Source of the DNA: Eledone cirrhosa
Lineage: Eukaryota
Length of the DNA: 64,000 nucleotides
Reading direction: 5' to 3'
Assembly (NCBI GenBank): GCA_964016885.1
Contig: OZ024741.1
Span: 239,134,001-239,198,000, forward strand
Part shown: piece after piece, positions 26,985 to 38,939 of the stretch
How the letters are laid out: the number at the start of each line of letters is the position of its first letter
Position numbering within the stretch: position 1 is the stretch's first letter
Translations under genes and position numbers: made by a program
The notes under the pieces: model-generated
Seen by the model: the letters and a program-made list of their open reading frames with translations, nothing else
What the model was told of the DNA's origin: nothing
The model's database searches: none

Positions 26985-27225
26985 TCACAAGCCATTGAAG
27001 TATCAGTCACATTCTAAAAGGTTTGTCATTGAACCTATACCAATGGAGAGTTCTGGCATTCATGGTCCTCAAACCACCTCCCTACTCATTGCTATCAAGA
27101 CAGTGTTGGCCACTCACAACAGTGAGTCCCATGAGTTGGAATGGCCATTTCAATGTGTCTCCCTTGCTATTCTTTGTGATAATACCTTCTCTATTCTGGG
27201 ACCATGAGGTAGCTTGTGCCTGAAG
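26985..27225 (+). pseudogene. Degenerate C-terminus of a CRE-clade RLE retrotransposon
   Basis: KY...F..EPIPMESSG.HGP...WPFQCVSLAILCDN..SILG resembles the CRE pattern KY...F.P.A.ET.G.WG...LFQR.S.A..RGNA.SILG. Confidence 0.55.
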
Positions 27226-28642
27226 TTCTATATGCCAGAGAGCATTCCTCCACATTGTTCAGGCATGTATCACTGAGGTAATGATGGTATAGGTTGCTGA
27301 TATTTATGCTTATACACATACACACATGTTCATGTACAAGAACACATTCTTTAACGTTTCACATTTGGATTATTCGCTACCTTCAGAACTGTTGGTCATC
27401 TATTTCTCCAATGATTGTTATTTCTAACACTAGGCACATTTACAGTAACCATATCTTCTCTGGAAGTACAACATAATATCATTAATGTAGCAAAATACCT
27501 CAACTCATCAACCACAGGAATTAATATTAAATATGAAATAAAAATTTAACATTCTATATTTAGATACCAATCAAATTTCAAAAGAAACATCAGCCTCATA
27601 GTTTTATATTTCATCTATTAGACAAAGTAGGCTTTAGTTACACTAAATGACTGACCAAACTAAATATAATTTAGTGGACGAATCTTGAAAAGCTGTTGGT
27701 TCAATTCTCAGCCCAAGCTGCCAAAAAATCACTCATGGGACCTAGTTTCATGGCAAGAATAATAATATGACCGATCAAATTTGGATATTTATTTACTCAT
27801 AACCTACAGTATATTGAGTCTCTCTACACTAAGTTCAAATCCTGTTGAGGTCAACGTTGCCTTTCATCCTTTCGAGGTCGATAAAAAAAGTACCAGTTCA
27901 GTACTGGGCTTAATGCTTTCTCTATACTTCTTTCTCATTTCCTCTCTGTCACACAGTCTCTCTCTTTCTCGGGAAGAAATTGATGTTCAGTCCTGGAGAG
28001 GGGATGGGCTTTATCAAGTTTAACTCTTTAGCATTTACATTACTTTATATATACTATTGTATTTTCATGGTCAAGGCTTTACCTCACATAATTATCTCAC
28101 ATGATATCGAATCTATGAGATTTTGATATTATTTATTTTGAAAACAATACCTTAACATCAGTATGAGCAGCTGGTTATAGCCAGTTTGATGAGAAATGAG
28201 GTGAGAGAATTCTGGCCAGATATGGTCGATTAAAATGCTAAATGGTTAAAATGCCCAAGAAATGCCATATGCCACTGCCACACCCCTATGACTCAATCAG
28301 GAGTTACATATCTATCCATAAAGTATTGTTATTGTAATAATTATAGTCAACCTTGTAGCATTATATAAATGAGCTATGTCTAGACACACACTACCCTTCC
28401 ATTGCTATCTTCAATAGTTGGGGGACGGTGAAAAAAATCACGATAAATTGGTATATAAAAACAAAACCAGTCAGTTTGATCTCCATCCCAGGATGCTGAA
28501 AAGACCTTCATGGAGGCCAAATTTCACAGTGAGACTAAATACATAAGAATATGACCTAGATGAATTTGGCACTTTAGTAAAAAATGTAATTTAGACATAT
28601 TAGAAATTATTATATAAGTATAATTATTATAAGTATAATATA

Positions 28643-28833
28643 AGGGCGGTGGATTGGCAGTATCGGTAGAGGGTCGGACGCCATGCTTTCCAGCATAGTT
28701 ACGTCCCTTTACGATCTGAGTTCAAATCCCGCCGAGGTTGACTTTGCCTTTCATCCTTACGGGGTCGATAAAATAAAGTACCAGTAATGCACTGGATAAT
28801 TGCTGGCCTTGTGCCTAAAGTAGAAACAATTAT
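28643..28833 (+). mobile_element. Young SINE
   Basis: Near-identical to 1551-1745; aattatatataagtataattatt-like sequence on both flanks. Confidence 0.9.
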
Positions 28834-29773
28834 ATAAGTATAATTATTGTTTTTAACCAAACATTTCCACATTGACTTAGGAGTAAAGATGTATATGTGG
28901 CAACATTGAAAATTAAACATGGGTCATAATATATATGAAATGACTTTATCAGTTTAACCTAGAACATTAACATTTATTGTTGTGGTGTTTTCTACATGAA
29001 CTGACAAACTATTCCATTTACTAATGACACATTGAGATTTTTTTATGATGTCTTTAGAGTATTACTTTTTTATAAAGTGTATAATAATTTCTGAAGATTG
29101 AAATGACAGCAAGTTTTTTTCATAAATTGTAACATCATTTCTTATCTTAAGATGATGCCATTATTAATATTAATTTCAGCCATTATCAGAGTTCTATATA
29201 TATATTTTTTTTTTAGAGCTGTAAAAGAAAATACCTAGGGTAAATAATCAAAACTTACCCACCTCAACTTATGATTAAATAATGGCCTCAAAAGAAAGCA
29301 AAAATTGAAAGTATATTTTTAACAAATGATAGTTCTGTAATTATATCTACGTATATGCATGTTTATATAAAAACATATAAATATACTTTTAGACACACAC
29401 ACACACACACGCACACACATATATACATATATATATACATATATACACTTTTTTCTACATTAAAGACAAGCTCCAATAGTATTATTCAGGAGTTTATCCT
29501 CTGTAGTCACACCATATATATATATATGTATAATATATAATCACAGTATGAAATGCAGACTTGATTATTTTTATTTTAAAAAATTCAATTTCTTTGCTTT
29601 TCAAACTTTGCTAGTGTAAATCTTCAATATCAATTACATTGATTTAAGTTTTCCAATACTACAGGGTTACCACAGTCTTGTACCTAGCTTTAATAGCTAC
29701 TTTCTCTTATGAAGCTTTTAGTTGTAATCAATGCAAACTTATTCATAAAAAAATCCATTATGCCACCCATCCT

Positions 29774-29825
<52 letters not shown>

Positions 29826-29912
29826 TATATATATGTACATATATATAATATATATATATATATATTATCTATATATGTACATGTGTGTGTCTGTGTGTGT
29901 TTGTGTACGTAA

Positions 29913-29966
<54 letters not shown>

Positions 29967-30060
29967 GTAAACAAACACACACAGACACATACATATACAT
30001 ATTTAGATAATATATATCTATCTCTATATATATATTATATATATGTACATATATATAAAC

Positions 30061-30099
<39 letters not shown>

Positions 30100-30240
30100 G
30101 GTGTGTGTGTGCGTGTATATATATAAATATATATATTTGTATATCCCCCACTCTCAAGCTAATACTCTTATACTAATATCATTTGTACTGCCTCTCTGTT
30201 TTTTGTTCTCTGTTCATTTATTAAACTATATATATATATA

Positions 30241-31007
30241 TAGTAGAATAATCGAGTATCGAAAAATCGGCGCACGAGTTCACGATAAACAAAATTCGAA
30301 ATGAGCGGCAGAGGGCTCAATAATTCAAATAAATCAGAGCTATAACTATCGTTAAAATACCGTCACACATAGAACAAGTCTATAATCAACCGTACGACCG
30401 AAAAATTGCGATCTGGAAGATTCGGGACATTCAGAAAAAATATCAATAAATCAATAAATCAAATGAATGTAAAAAGCATACCCGGACCCGCTAGAAAGAT
30501 GGTAAATCTAGCTTCTTGGGTTTCTGTAAATCCTTAAACTGCCCTCTATCAGCTCACATAAAAATATATAAGACTTCTAGAAGCCAGCGGACGGGAAATT
30601 TACTTCCTCAACGAGCCTTTGTCCGAACGAATGAAAAGGCATAACCCAGGCTGAAGAAACGCACATGTAATTCAGCAAGGGAGATAACCTCTATATCCGC
30701 AAAATATATTCGGGAAAATGTGGAAATACACATATCGAATAAGAGTGCTCAATAGACATGTTAAAATAAACAGGAGCTATTCATCATTTAATAGAATCGA
30801 CAAAAAATGAACAATAAAATTAACTGGTCAATAGCTAGGTCTAGAGCTAAATATAGTAGAATAATCGAGTATCGAAAAATCGGCGCACGAGTTCACGATA
30901 AACAAAATTCGAAATGAGCGGCAGAGGGCTCAATAATTCAAATAAATCAGAGCTATAACTATCGTTAAAATACCGTCACACATAGAACAAGTCTATAATC
31001 AACCGTA
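30241..31007. mobile_element. 613-bp CpG-rich element in partial head-to-tail tandem within (TA)n (Penelope pseudo-LTR-like)
   Basis: 30241-30394 is repeated at 30854-31007; a third, inverted partial copy lies at 50043-50335. Confidence 0.65.
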
Positions 31008-31025
31008 TATATATATATATATATA

Positions 31026-31514
31026 TCATCATCATCATCATCATCAACGTTTAACGTCCGTGTTCCACGCTTGCATCGGTTTGGACGGGGGTTTTCCCAC
31101 TTGAGGCAAGAGTGATTGTCTTGCTCGCATAGGACTGTCTGGCAGGTTTTCTACAGTTGGATGCCCTTCCTAACACCAACCACATTTACAGTGTGGGTCT
31201 GGGAGGTTTTTACCGTGTTGCCTACACGGCCACATTACAGCGTGGACTGTGTGTTTTTTTGTCGTGACACCTACACGATCTCATTTGTTTCGGCCTGGAT
31301 GGTGTGGCACCAACATAACTTTACATAGAAGGGGGCGGTGTGGATGGGGGGGGGGTGTATTTTGTTAGAGATGCCTACTGACTGTAGTAGGTTTTACTTT
31401 GTATTTAGGTAAGGCGGGTCTTCTCTATTACTGAGTACCGCCAAAGGTCTCGGTCTAGTGACATTGTCTTGGTGAGGTGTAAGTGTGTGAGGTCGGAGTT
31501 TATCAGCTCGTCCC

Positions 31515-31515
<1 letters not shown>
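31026..31515 (-). mobile_element. RTE 3' end, near-identical inverted copy of 20352-20855
   Basis: Direct comparison; (CAT)n tail on the + strand. Confidence 0.9.
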
Positions 31516-31550
<35 letters not shown>

Positions 31551-31605
31551 GTGTGTGTATATATATACACATATATATATGTGTGTGTATGTATGTATAT
31601 ATATG

Positions 31606-31885
31606 TCAGGTCACCAGTTGGTGCTACTGGTAACATGTATCCCAGTACAACCTGTCTCATGGTCGGGTCGTTGGCGACTAAACTGGCAACCCCACCAAGG
31701 TTTCTTGGTGAGGAGGGTGACTTTGGACATCCTGCAGGACTAAAAACAAAACCTGTCAAAGGGCAAGGGAGCTCTTAAGACTCAATAGCCATCCAAAATC
31801 ACCGGGAGAGATGACCCCTTAGCCTTTGTCAAGGCAGAATTCTAGGAGAAGGAAAACTCTGATATAACACCTGCAACCCTGATGG
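31606..31885 (+). mobile_element. Probable 5' UTR fragment of an RTE/BovB-type LINE
   Basis: ctggcaacccc...caggactaaaaacaaaacctgtcaaagggc...ctaggagaaggaaaactctga resembles RTE leaders (recall only). Confidence 0.45.
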
Positions 31886-32210
31886 TATCCAATGATGTTG
31901 ACTTGTTCTTCTTTTTGGTAAATATCATCTTGGTTAAGAGAGTGGGACTGGCTTTGTGCAGTGCCTTTGCTCACTATAAAAGCTTCACAGCACAGGCATT
32001 GCTTTATATCTGGAGATCTCTCTGCACTTGTCATCACATGGTACCATGGGCCCTGCACTATGTGTCAATAATGGTCACAAGTGTAGTCTTTGTACCAGAG
32101 TTTTCAAGTCGCTGGCTGGACTAAAAAGTCACATTCGTTCAGCGCATCGGTAGGGGTTCTCCTACATGGATATAAAGTAGTGGCCGTACTCGAAAACGAG
32201 TTGGCAGCCA

Positions 32211-32249
<39 letters not shown>

Positions 32250-32251
<2 letters not shown>

Positions 32252-33004
32252 ATATATAAGAACAAAAGATGGTTAAAAGAGTTCCATGTATTTTATTATG
32301 CGCATTTCAAAAACAAATATCATCATGCAATAATATTTGTGTTTTCATCAGATAAAACAGGAAGACATGATATGAAGGTTAAAAAACACAGTTTTAAATC
32401 AACATATGAGAAGTAGTTTTAGATTGATGTGTGATATTGGGAAAAATATTTTATTTAGAGGGGAGGGGGGGTTGGAAAGGATGAAAAAGAGGAGGAGATG
32501 AGAGTAAAAAGTGGAGAGGGAGGAGTATAATGAGGAAGGATGAGATAGGAGGAGAGATGGGTGATAGAGAGAGAGAGATAGCTTTTATAACTGAGAAAGA
32601 TATATTGTTTTACATAGAGAGGTTGAAAACCGTTGGAAGATAATGTATAAATTAAAAGAATTTGAAAATTAACGAAGATAAAAAAATAATGTAAAGTTAA
32701 GGTTTGTATATTGAGGGGTTTGATAATATGTGCGATGAAAAAGAAAATGTTAATATGTATTGAGAATAATATTTAGGGGTTTAATAATATGTGCGATGTT
32801 AAGAAAATGTTGATATGTTTTATTAAAAGGAACAACAGGTTATTTAAGTAAGGAAATATTGTGAGATGACCATGAATGAGTTAGATGAAAGGGAGAAAAG
32901 AATAATGAATTGAGGATGAATAATCTAACGTCAAAAAAATGTATATGTTTACGAAGGATTTTTACAAGGTGATATAGAGTAAGAATGTATTGTATTATGT
33001 AATA
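32250..33004 (-). mobile_element. Penelope-like element 3' region / pseudo-LTR
   Basis: Abuts (TA)n; carries a hammerhead; first ~140 bp duplicated at 34252-34392. No convincing RT or GIY-YIG ORF. Confidence 0.65.
32283..32363 (-). ncRNA. Type I hammerhead ribozyme, palindromic stem III, copy 1
   Basis: CUGAUGA (32351-32345), ~15-bp stem II, GAAA (32308-32305), AUGCGCAU palindrome, AUA triplet, stem I UGUUUUAU/AUAAAAUA; predicted cut 32297/32296. Confidence 0.8.
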
Positions 33005-34010
33005 ATTCTCTGACCCAAATGCAAACAATGGGTACACAAAAAATGTAGCGGGATCTCAGGAAGCTTAATTAAGAATGTAGGCTTCACATGTAGCAGCTGT
33101 GCTGGGACAGCAAGCAGCAAACAGCCACAGGAAACAAGTACCACCAATCTCTGGGAGGGCTCTGTAGAAACAGTAGACAGCTTCTGCTACCTAGGTGACC
33201 GAATTAGCAGCAGAGGTGGGTGTTCAGAAAGTACAATAACTAGGGTAAGAACGGGATGGAAGAAGTTCAGGGAACTACTGCCACTGCTAGCTGCAAAAGG
33301 CTTCTCCATCAAAATGAAAGGCAGACTGTATGATGCGTGTAGCCGAACAGCAATGTTACATGGTAGTGAGACCTGGGCGCTGAAGGTGGAAGACTTACAT
33401 AGATTAGAAAGAAACAAAGCCAGCATGCTACAATGGATGTGTAATAGTAATATACGCGAACGGCAAAGCATAAATGAATTGAGAGAGAGACTGAGCATAA
33501 GAGGAATCAAATGCTGTGTGCAGGAGAGGCAGTTGAGTTGGTATGGACATGTGATGCGTATGAAGGATGACAGCTGCATAAAAAGGTGCAGAGCACTAGA
33601 AGTCAATGGAAACCGCGGAGTGGGGAGACCCAAGAAGACTTGGGATGCCAACCTTACCCAATTACACCTCTCAAAGGCGATGACACACAGCCGTGACCTC
33701 TGGCGTCATGCAGTAATACAGAGTACCCGACCTCCCCTGGGTACAAGCTGAAGCATATAGACAATATGCCCCCACACCTCCCACTGCAAAGTGGTCGTGT
33801 AGGTGCCACGGCAAAAAAGCACCCAACCTACACTGTAAATGAGGTTGGTGTTAGGAAGGGCATCCAGCTGTAGAAATCAAGCCAAAACCAGTTCCTGTAT
33901 GAGCAAGGCATGGTCAGCCAACCAGACACTGCCCACAACAGGAAAACCCGTCTAACCCATGCTAGCATGGAAGAACGGACGTAAAACGGTGATGATGATG
34001 ATGATGATGA
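33005..34010 (+). mobile_element. 3' half of an RTE LINE (inverted relative to its 5' half)
   Basis: IL*PKCKQWVHKKCSG...KGRLYDAC...HGSETW...GRPKKTW, 3' UTR, (GAT)n tail. Confidence 0.9.
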
Positions 34011-34095
34011 TATATATATATATACATATATATATATACATATATATATATATACATATATATATATAGATATATATATACATATATATATATAT

Positions 34096-34137
<42 letters not shown>

Positions 34138-34285
34138 ATATATATATATATACATATATATATATGTAGGAGGTGAGTTTTATTGTAGTACAATAAAGCA
34201 ATGCAGATATCGGATAAGAAGCACTCTACAGCTTGTAGGACTGGAGTATACATAATATATAAGAACAAAAGATGGTTAAAAGAGT

Positions 34286-34366
34286 TCCATGTATTTTATT
34301 ATGCGCATTTCAAAAACAAATATCATCATGCAATAATATTTGTGTTTTCATCAGATAAAACAGGAA
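34286..34366 (-). ncRNA. Type I hammerhead ribozyme, copy 2, in a short Penelope-like fragment (34252-34392)
   Basis: Identical by eye to 32283-32363, offset 2003 bp; predicted cut 34300/34299. Confidence 0.8.
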
Positions 34367-34392
34367 GACATGATATGAAGTTTAAAAAACAC

Positions 34393-35413
34393 TTCTTTCC
34401 TACCTACACCTTTCCTACATACTGAGCAAGGCCATTTCCTTGAGGGGATCTGGGTTCTGTTTTCTTGTCTACTTACAAGGACCTTAGTCTTTGTCATGTT
34501 GACTTTGAGACCCTTTCTTTCTAGTCCCTGCTTCCAAGTTTGGAAGTTCTTCTCTAGTTCTACCATAGATTCAGCTATAAGTGCGAGGTCATCTGCATAC
34601 AGGAGTTCCCATGGGCATCCGGTCTTAAACTCCTCCGTTATTGCCTGCAGGACTATGATGAACAGGAGAGGGCTAAGAACAGAGCCCTGGTGGACAGCAA
34701 CCTGTATGCTAAATTCCTCGCTATACTCATTGCTAATCCTAACTTTGCTGACTGCTCCCCTATACATGGCTTGTACAGCTTTCACAAGCCATTCATCTAC
34801 TCCTAGTTTTCTAAGAGCCCACCAGATTACCGCACGTGGAACTCTGACAAAGGCTTTCTCGAGATCGACGAATACCAGGTAGAGTGGCTTACTTTTAGCT
34901 AGGTACTTTTCCTGTAACTGCCTCACAAGGTATCAGTGGTGCCTCTTCCTGGTACAAACCCAAATTGCATCTCATCTAGTTTCACCCGGTCCCTAATCAA
35001 CTGTGCTATAACTCTTTCAGTTAATTCATGACCTGGTCCATCAGCTTTATACCTCTATAGTTTCCTCTATCTAGTGCATCACCTTTACCTTTGTAGCAGT
35101 TGACAATGATGCTACTGCACCAATCTTTTGGTATGACACCTTCTAGTATTACCTGGTTAACAATACATGTGGTTATAGTGTGACCTACAGACCCAGATGC
35201 CTTCAGCATCTCGGCAGCTCTACCCGATGGACCGGTTGCCTTCCCCATCTTCATATCTTTGATTGCCTTACTTACTACGTTGCTTACTACGTTGCTGCTG
35301 ACTTGTACTGCTGGCCCCTCTATAGGGTCTACTTGGGGTAGGGTCTCTTCTTCCCATGCATTCTCCTCATTTAGTAATCTATCATAATGGCTCTTCCATG
35401 CATCTTTCTTCTC
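34393..35413 (-). mobile_element. RT-containing 5' half of the same RTE LINE
   Basis: NYRGIKL, FVDLEKAF, VHQGSVLSP, LLYADDL motifs; ends at WPCSVCRKGVGR. Confidence 0.9.
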
Positions 35414-35660
35414 ATATATGTATATATATATATATGTATATATGAAAAATGGTGTGCTGCGTGGTTGCACATGGGTTAGATATGAATAAAATTAGTCCTT
35501 CATTAGTGATCTTCCAGCCTTCATTGGTATTTATGTATGTATATATATATGTATGTATATATATATATATATAATATATATATATATAATATATATATAT
35601 AATATATATATATATATATGTATATATATGTAAGTATATATGTATATATATAATATATAT

Positions 35661-36620
35661 ATCATCATCATCATCATCATCATCATTCTACGTCCGCTCT
35701 TCCCTGCTCGCAAGGGTGGGACGGGTCTTATTCAACACAGCATCTCTCCACTTGTCACGGTCCTTCGTCATCTCCACCATGAGCTTCAGTGATCTGAAGT
35801 CTGTTCTCACCACCTCCGCCCATGTTTTTCGTGGTCTGCCTCTACCATGTCTTCCTTCAACTGGCATTTCCTGGCACTTCTTCAGCCATCGGTCATCCTC
35901 CATGCGCATCACATGTCCATACCACCTCAGTCTCTTCTCTCGCACACTACATTCTATCCCTCTCAGACACAGTTTCTCTCTCAACACATTCATGCTGGGT
36001 TGTTCACGCACATTTACACTGCACATCCAATGGAGCATGCTTGCCTCATTTCTCTCCAGCCGTCGCATATCCTCTGCAGTTGCTGCCCATGTCTCACTAC
36101 CATGCAGCATCGCGCTCCTCACACAGGCATCATATAACCGGCCTTTTGTACGCAGGGAGAAACCCTTCTTTGTCAGCAGAGGAAGCAGCTCCCTAAACTT
36201 CTTCCAACCCGTCCTTATTCTAGATACTATGGCCTCGGAACACCCCCCTCCAATGCTAATCTGATCTCCTAGGTACCAGATGCTATCCACCACTTCTATA
36301 GCAGCCGCCTGCATTTGAAAAATGTGTCTATCAATGCGACTTCTACTGTCTAATTTCCCTGTACATCTACTGCATACGTATTTCTCCCTACCTGTTAGTT
36401 TGCCTGCTATCCCACTACATCCCTTGTGTACCCAGGATCTGCATTGTGTGCATTTTATAGAATCTATGCCAGTTCCTTTTCTGCATATCGAACATTGCCA
36501 TTTCCCTGACAGAATCAGAGTTTTGTCCTCTTTTCTACTCATCAACACTTTTCTCTTAGCTAGGTTCACTCTCAGTCCTCTTGCTTCCAACTGCTGTTTC
36601 CATAGCCAGAATTTATTCCG
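35661..36620 (-). mobile_element. 5'-truncated RTE LINE (300 aa open C-terminus with Cys-rich finger)
   Basis: CSICRKG...CTQCRSWVHKGCSG, HGSETW, GRGRPRKTW; (GAT)n tail. Confidence 0.9.
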
Positions 36621-38939
36621 AACAAAGGATTGGGAAGACCCTGAGTTGTGTTAAAGGCAGGACAACCTTCCCTGTGCACTCGGTAGAAAATGAGACCATA
36701 CATAAGCAAGATGACAGAGTATATTGTAAATGTCATATGAAAAATAGAAGTGTGATTTATACACAAGTATTTATGATAATTTAAATGATTTCATTCTATC
36801 TAACGATTAAACCCTCTACAAACTCTTTACTTTACAGAGGTCAAAATACATTACAATACTATTGTGTAGTCTTTCACTTTTTAAACAAACACAATCTTTT
36901 GTGAAAAATTGTTCCAGTTATCTACAATCTTCCCATACATAGTTGATTGACTGCATTGAATCTTATGTCGTCTTATCCTCTGCAGACTTATCAGCTTTCT
37001 CTAGTCTATCAAGAAAGTGCTTAGTTTTAAGTTTAAAAACACTGAATTATTGATTATTCTGCACTAGCCACTGAGTGATTAAACTAGCAAAGAATGTTGT
37101 GTGAATGTTGTGTGAAAAACAGAGTCAAATATTAGCTCAATTCCCAATATAATTCCAGCATAGTGGTGTAATCTTTCTAGTTTAGCTTCACTATTTTCTA
37201 TAGAGTTCACTGTTCACCTTTATTCTTTTTTACACCATTTGAATGTTACATAATACATTTTATCATCTCAACAACAACATTAGCAATTCACTTGAGTTCC
37301 TAATTTAATTAGCAGTTCAGAATAGATTAAGACACAACTACTCTCTAATTCAGTTTATATTGTTTTTAATCCTCTATTAAGGTGAATTGGCAGTCATTAA
37401 AATGCCAGATAGAATGCTTCATGGTATTCATTCTGACTCTCTGTGCTCTGAGTTCAAATCCTGCTGAGGTTAACTTTGTCTTACATCCTTTCAAGATTGA
37501 TAAAAAAAAGTACCAGTCCAGTGCAGGGATTAATCCCCCACCCTCTCTCTCTCTTCAAGAAATCAACAGGAATCAGACATGGAAAGGAATGGTTTTCAAA
37601 GACATGTCATATGTCCCTACAGCACCCCTACCACTCCACCAGGAGTTACTGATCCATATATACAATCTTCTATTTTAACTAACGCAATATTTAATTGGTT
37701 CTAAATCTCAGATTGCTACCAACTACCTCCATCACCACCCTAACTGCATATGAAGGATTAGCTATCAACAGTTGTTGCTCGCCCCTAGATCAGTCTTGAT
37801 TTAGTAGACCTATGATCAACAGCATTCTAGCCACGACCACTCCATCTGGCTCTCAGAAATAGCATATTTAAGAATATGCTATTCAACATGCCTTTCCTTT
37901 TTTTAAGATGGTAGGATGTGATTTGAGGGAAAATTGCCTGCTATTTATGACAGAACAAGTGACTACTCTGAAGTTTTTTATTGACTAGTTATCAGCAGTT
38001 TAGATGGTAATGTTGCATAGGTTATGGTTAATAGTATTCTTTAATCCAGTTCTGAAACTAGGAATACTTACAAAATATAATATTGTGGTCATTGTTATCC
38101 AAAGAACAAAATATATATTTGCCTACCTTAAGACATACACAAAAACAAAATTAGAGCCATTGTCTCAAATTATAGTGGCCCAAATAAGAATAGAATGAAT
38201 ATTTCTGTAAACATCAACACCATATATGTATGGACAGCACACAAACACACACATACATACATATATATATGTGTGTGTTTGTGTGTGCATTTATACATAT
38301 ATGATTAAGATGATGTCATATATAAGTATATGTGTATGTATGTATGTATGTATATCATCATCATCTTTTAACATATATTTTCCATGCATGGATTAGATGG
38401 GTTGATACTTTTAGAGGTGAGACTGTGTGTCTGTGAATGATACTTTCCAGTGTGGAAGAGTGAGCATAAAAATGAGGATAACGATTCTTGATATGTATAT
38501 ATTATTTGACAATTGTTAGAGGAACAGATAGATTCATATCTATCCGCATCAGCAACATCACAATCGTTATTTTACATCCATTTTTTTTCCAAGCATGTGT
38601 AGGTTAAGCGTCATGATATTTGTTCCTACTCTCCACACTATCAGTTCAGATATAACCAAGGCCCAATGTGTTTTTCATCAGGATTGATAAAGAAAGTACA
38701 AGTCCATTGCTGGTGCATCCATTTCTCACTCAAGCTGTCACGTGGATGTTCTGCTGGATGAAGTATAAAAGTACTAAGAGGTTGTCTGCTCAAGACTTAC
38801 ATGGGCACCTTAAACAATTATCAAAAACATTGTACCTAGTCATTCTCAATTGTGATAGTCATTATCAAATATCATTATTTTCATTACACTTCCAAAGCAC
38901 CCTTATAAATTAAAATAATACGAAACAAAGGAAACTTAC

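Noticed and set aside
29252-29340. Minus-strand AG...GG|GTAAGT mini-exon
   Set aside because: In-frame stop in phase 0 and a poor polypyrimidine tract.
30645-30730. Hammerhead core CTGAAGA in the 613-bp element
   Set aside because: No stem II closing onto GAAA and no stem I/III; the motif is sequestered in a gctgaa/ttcagc hairpin.
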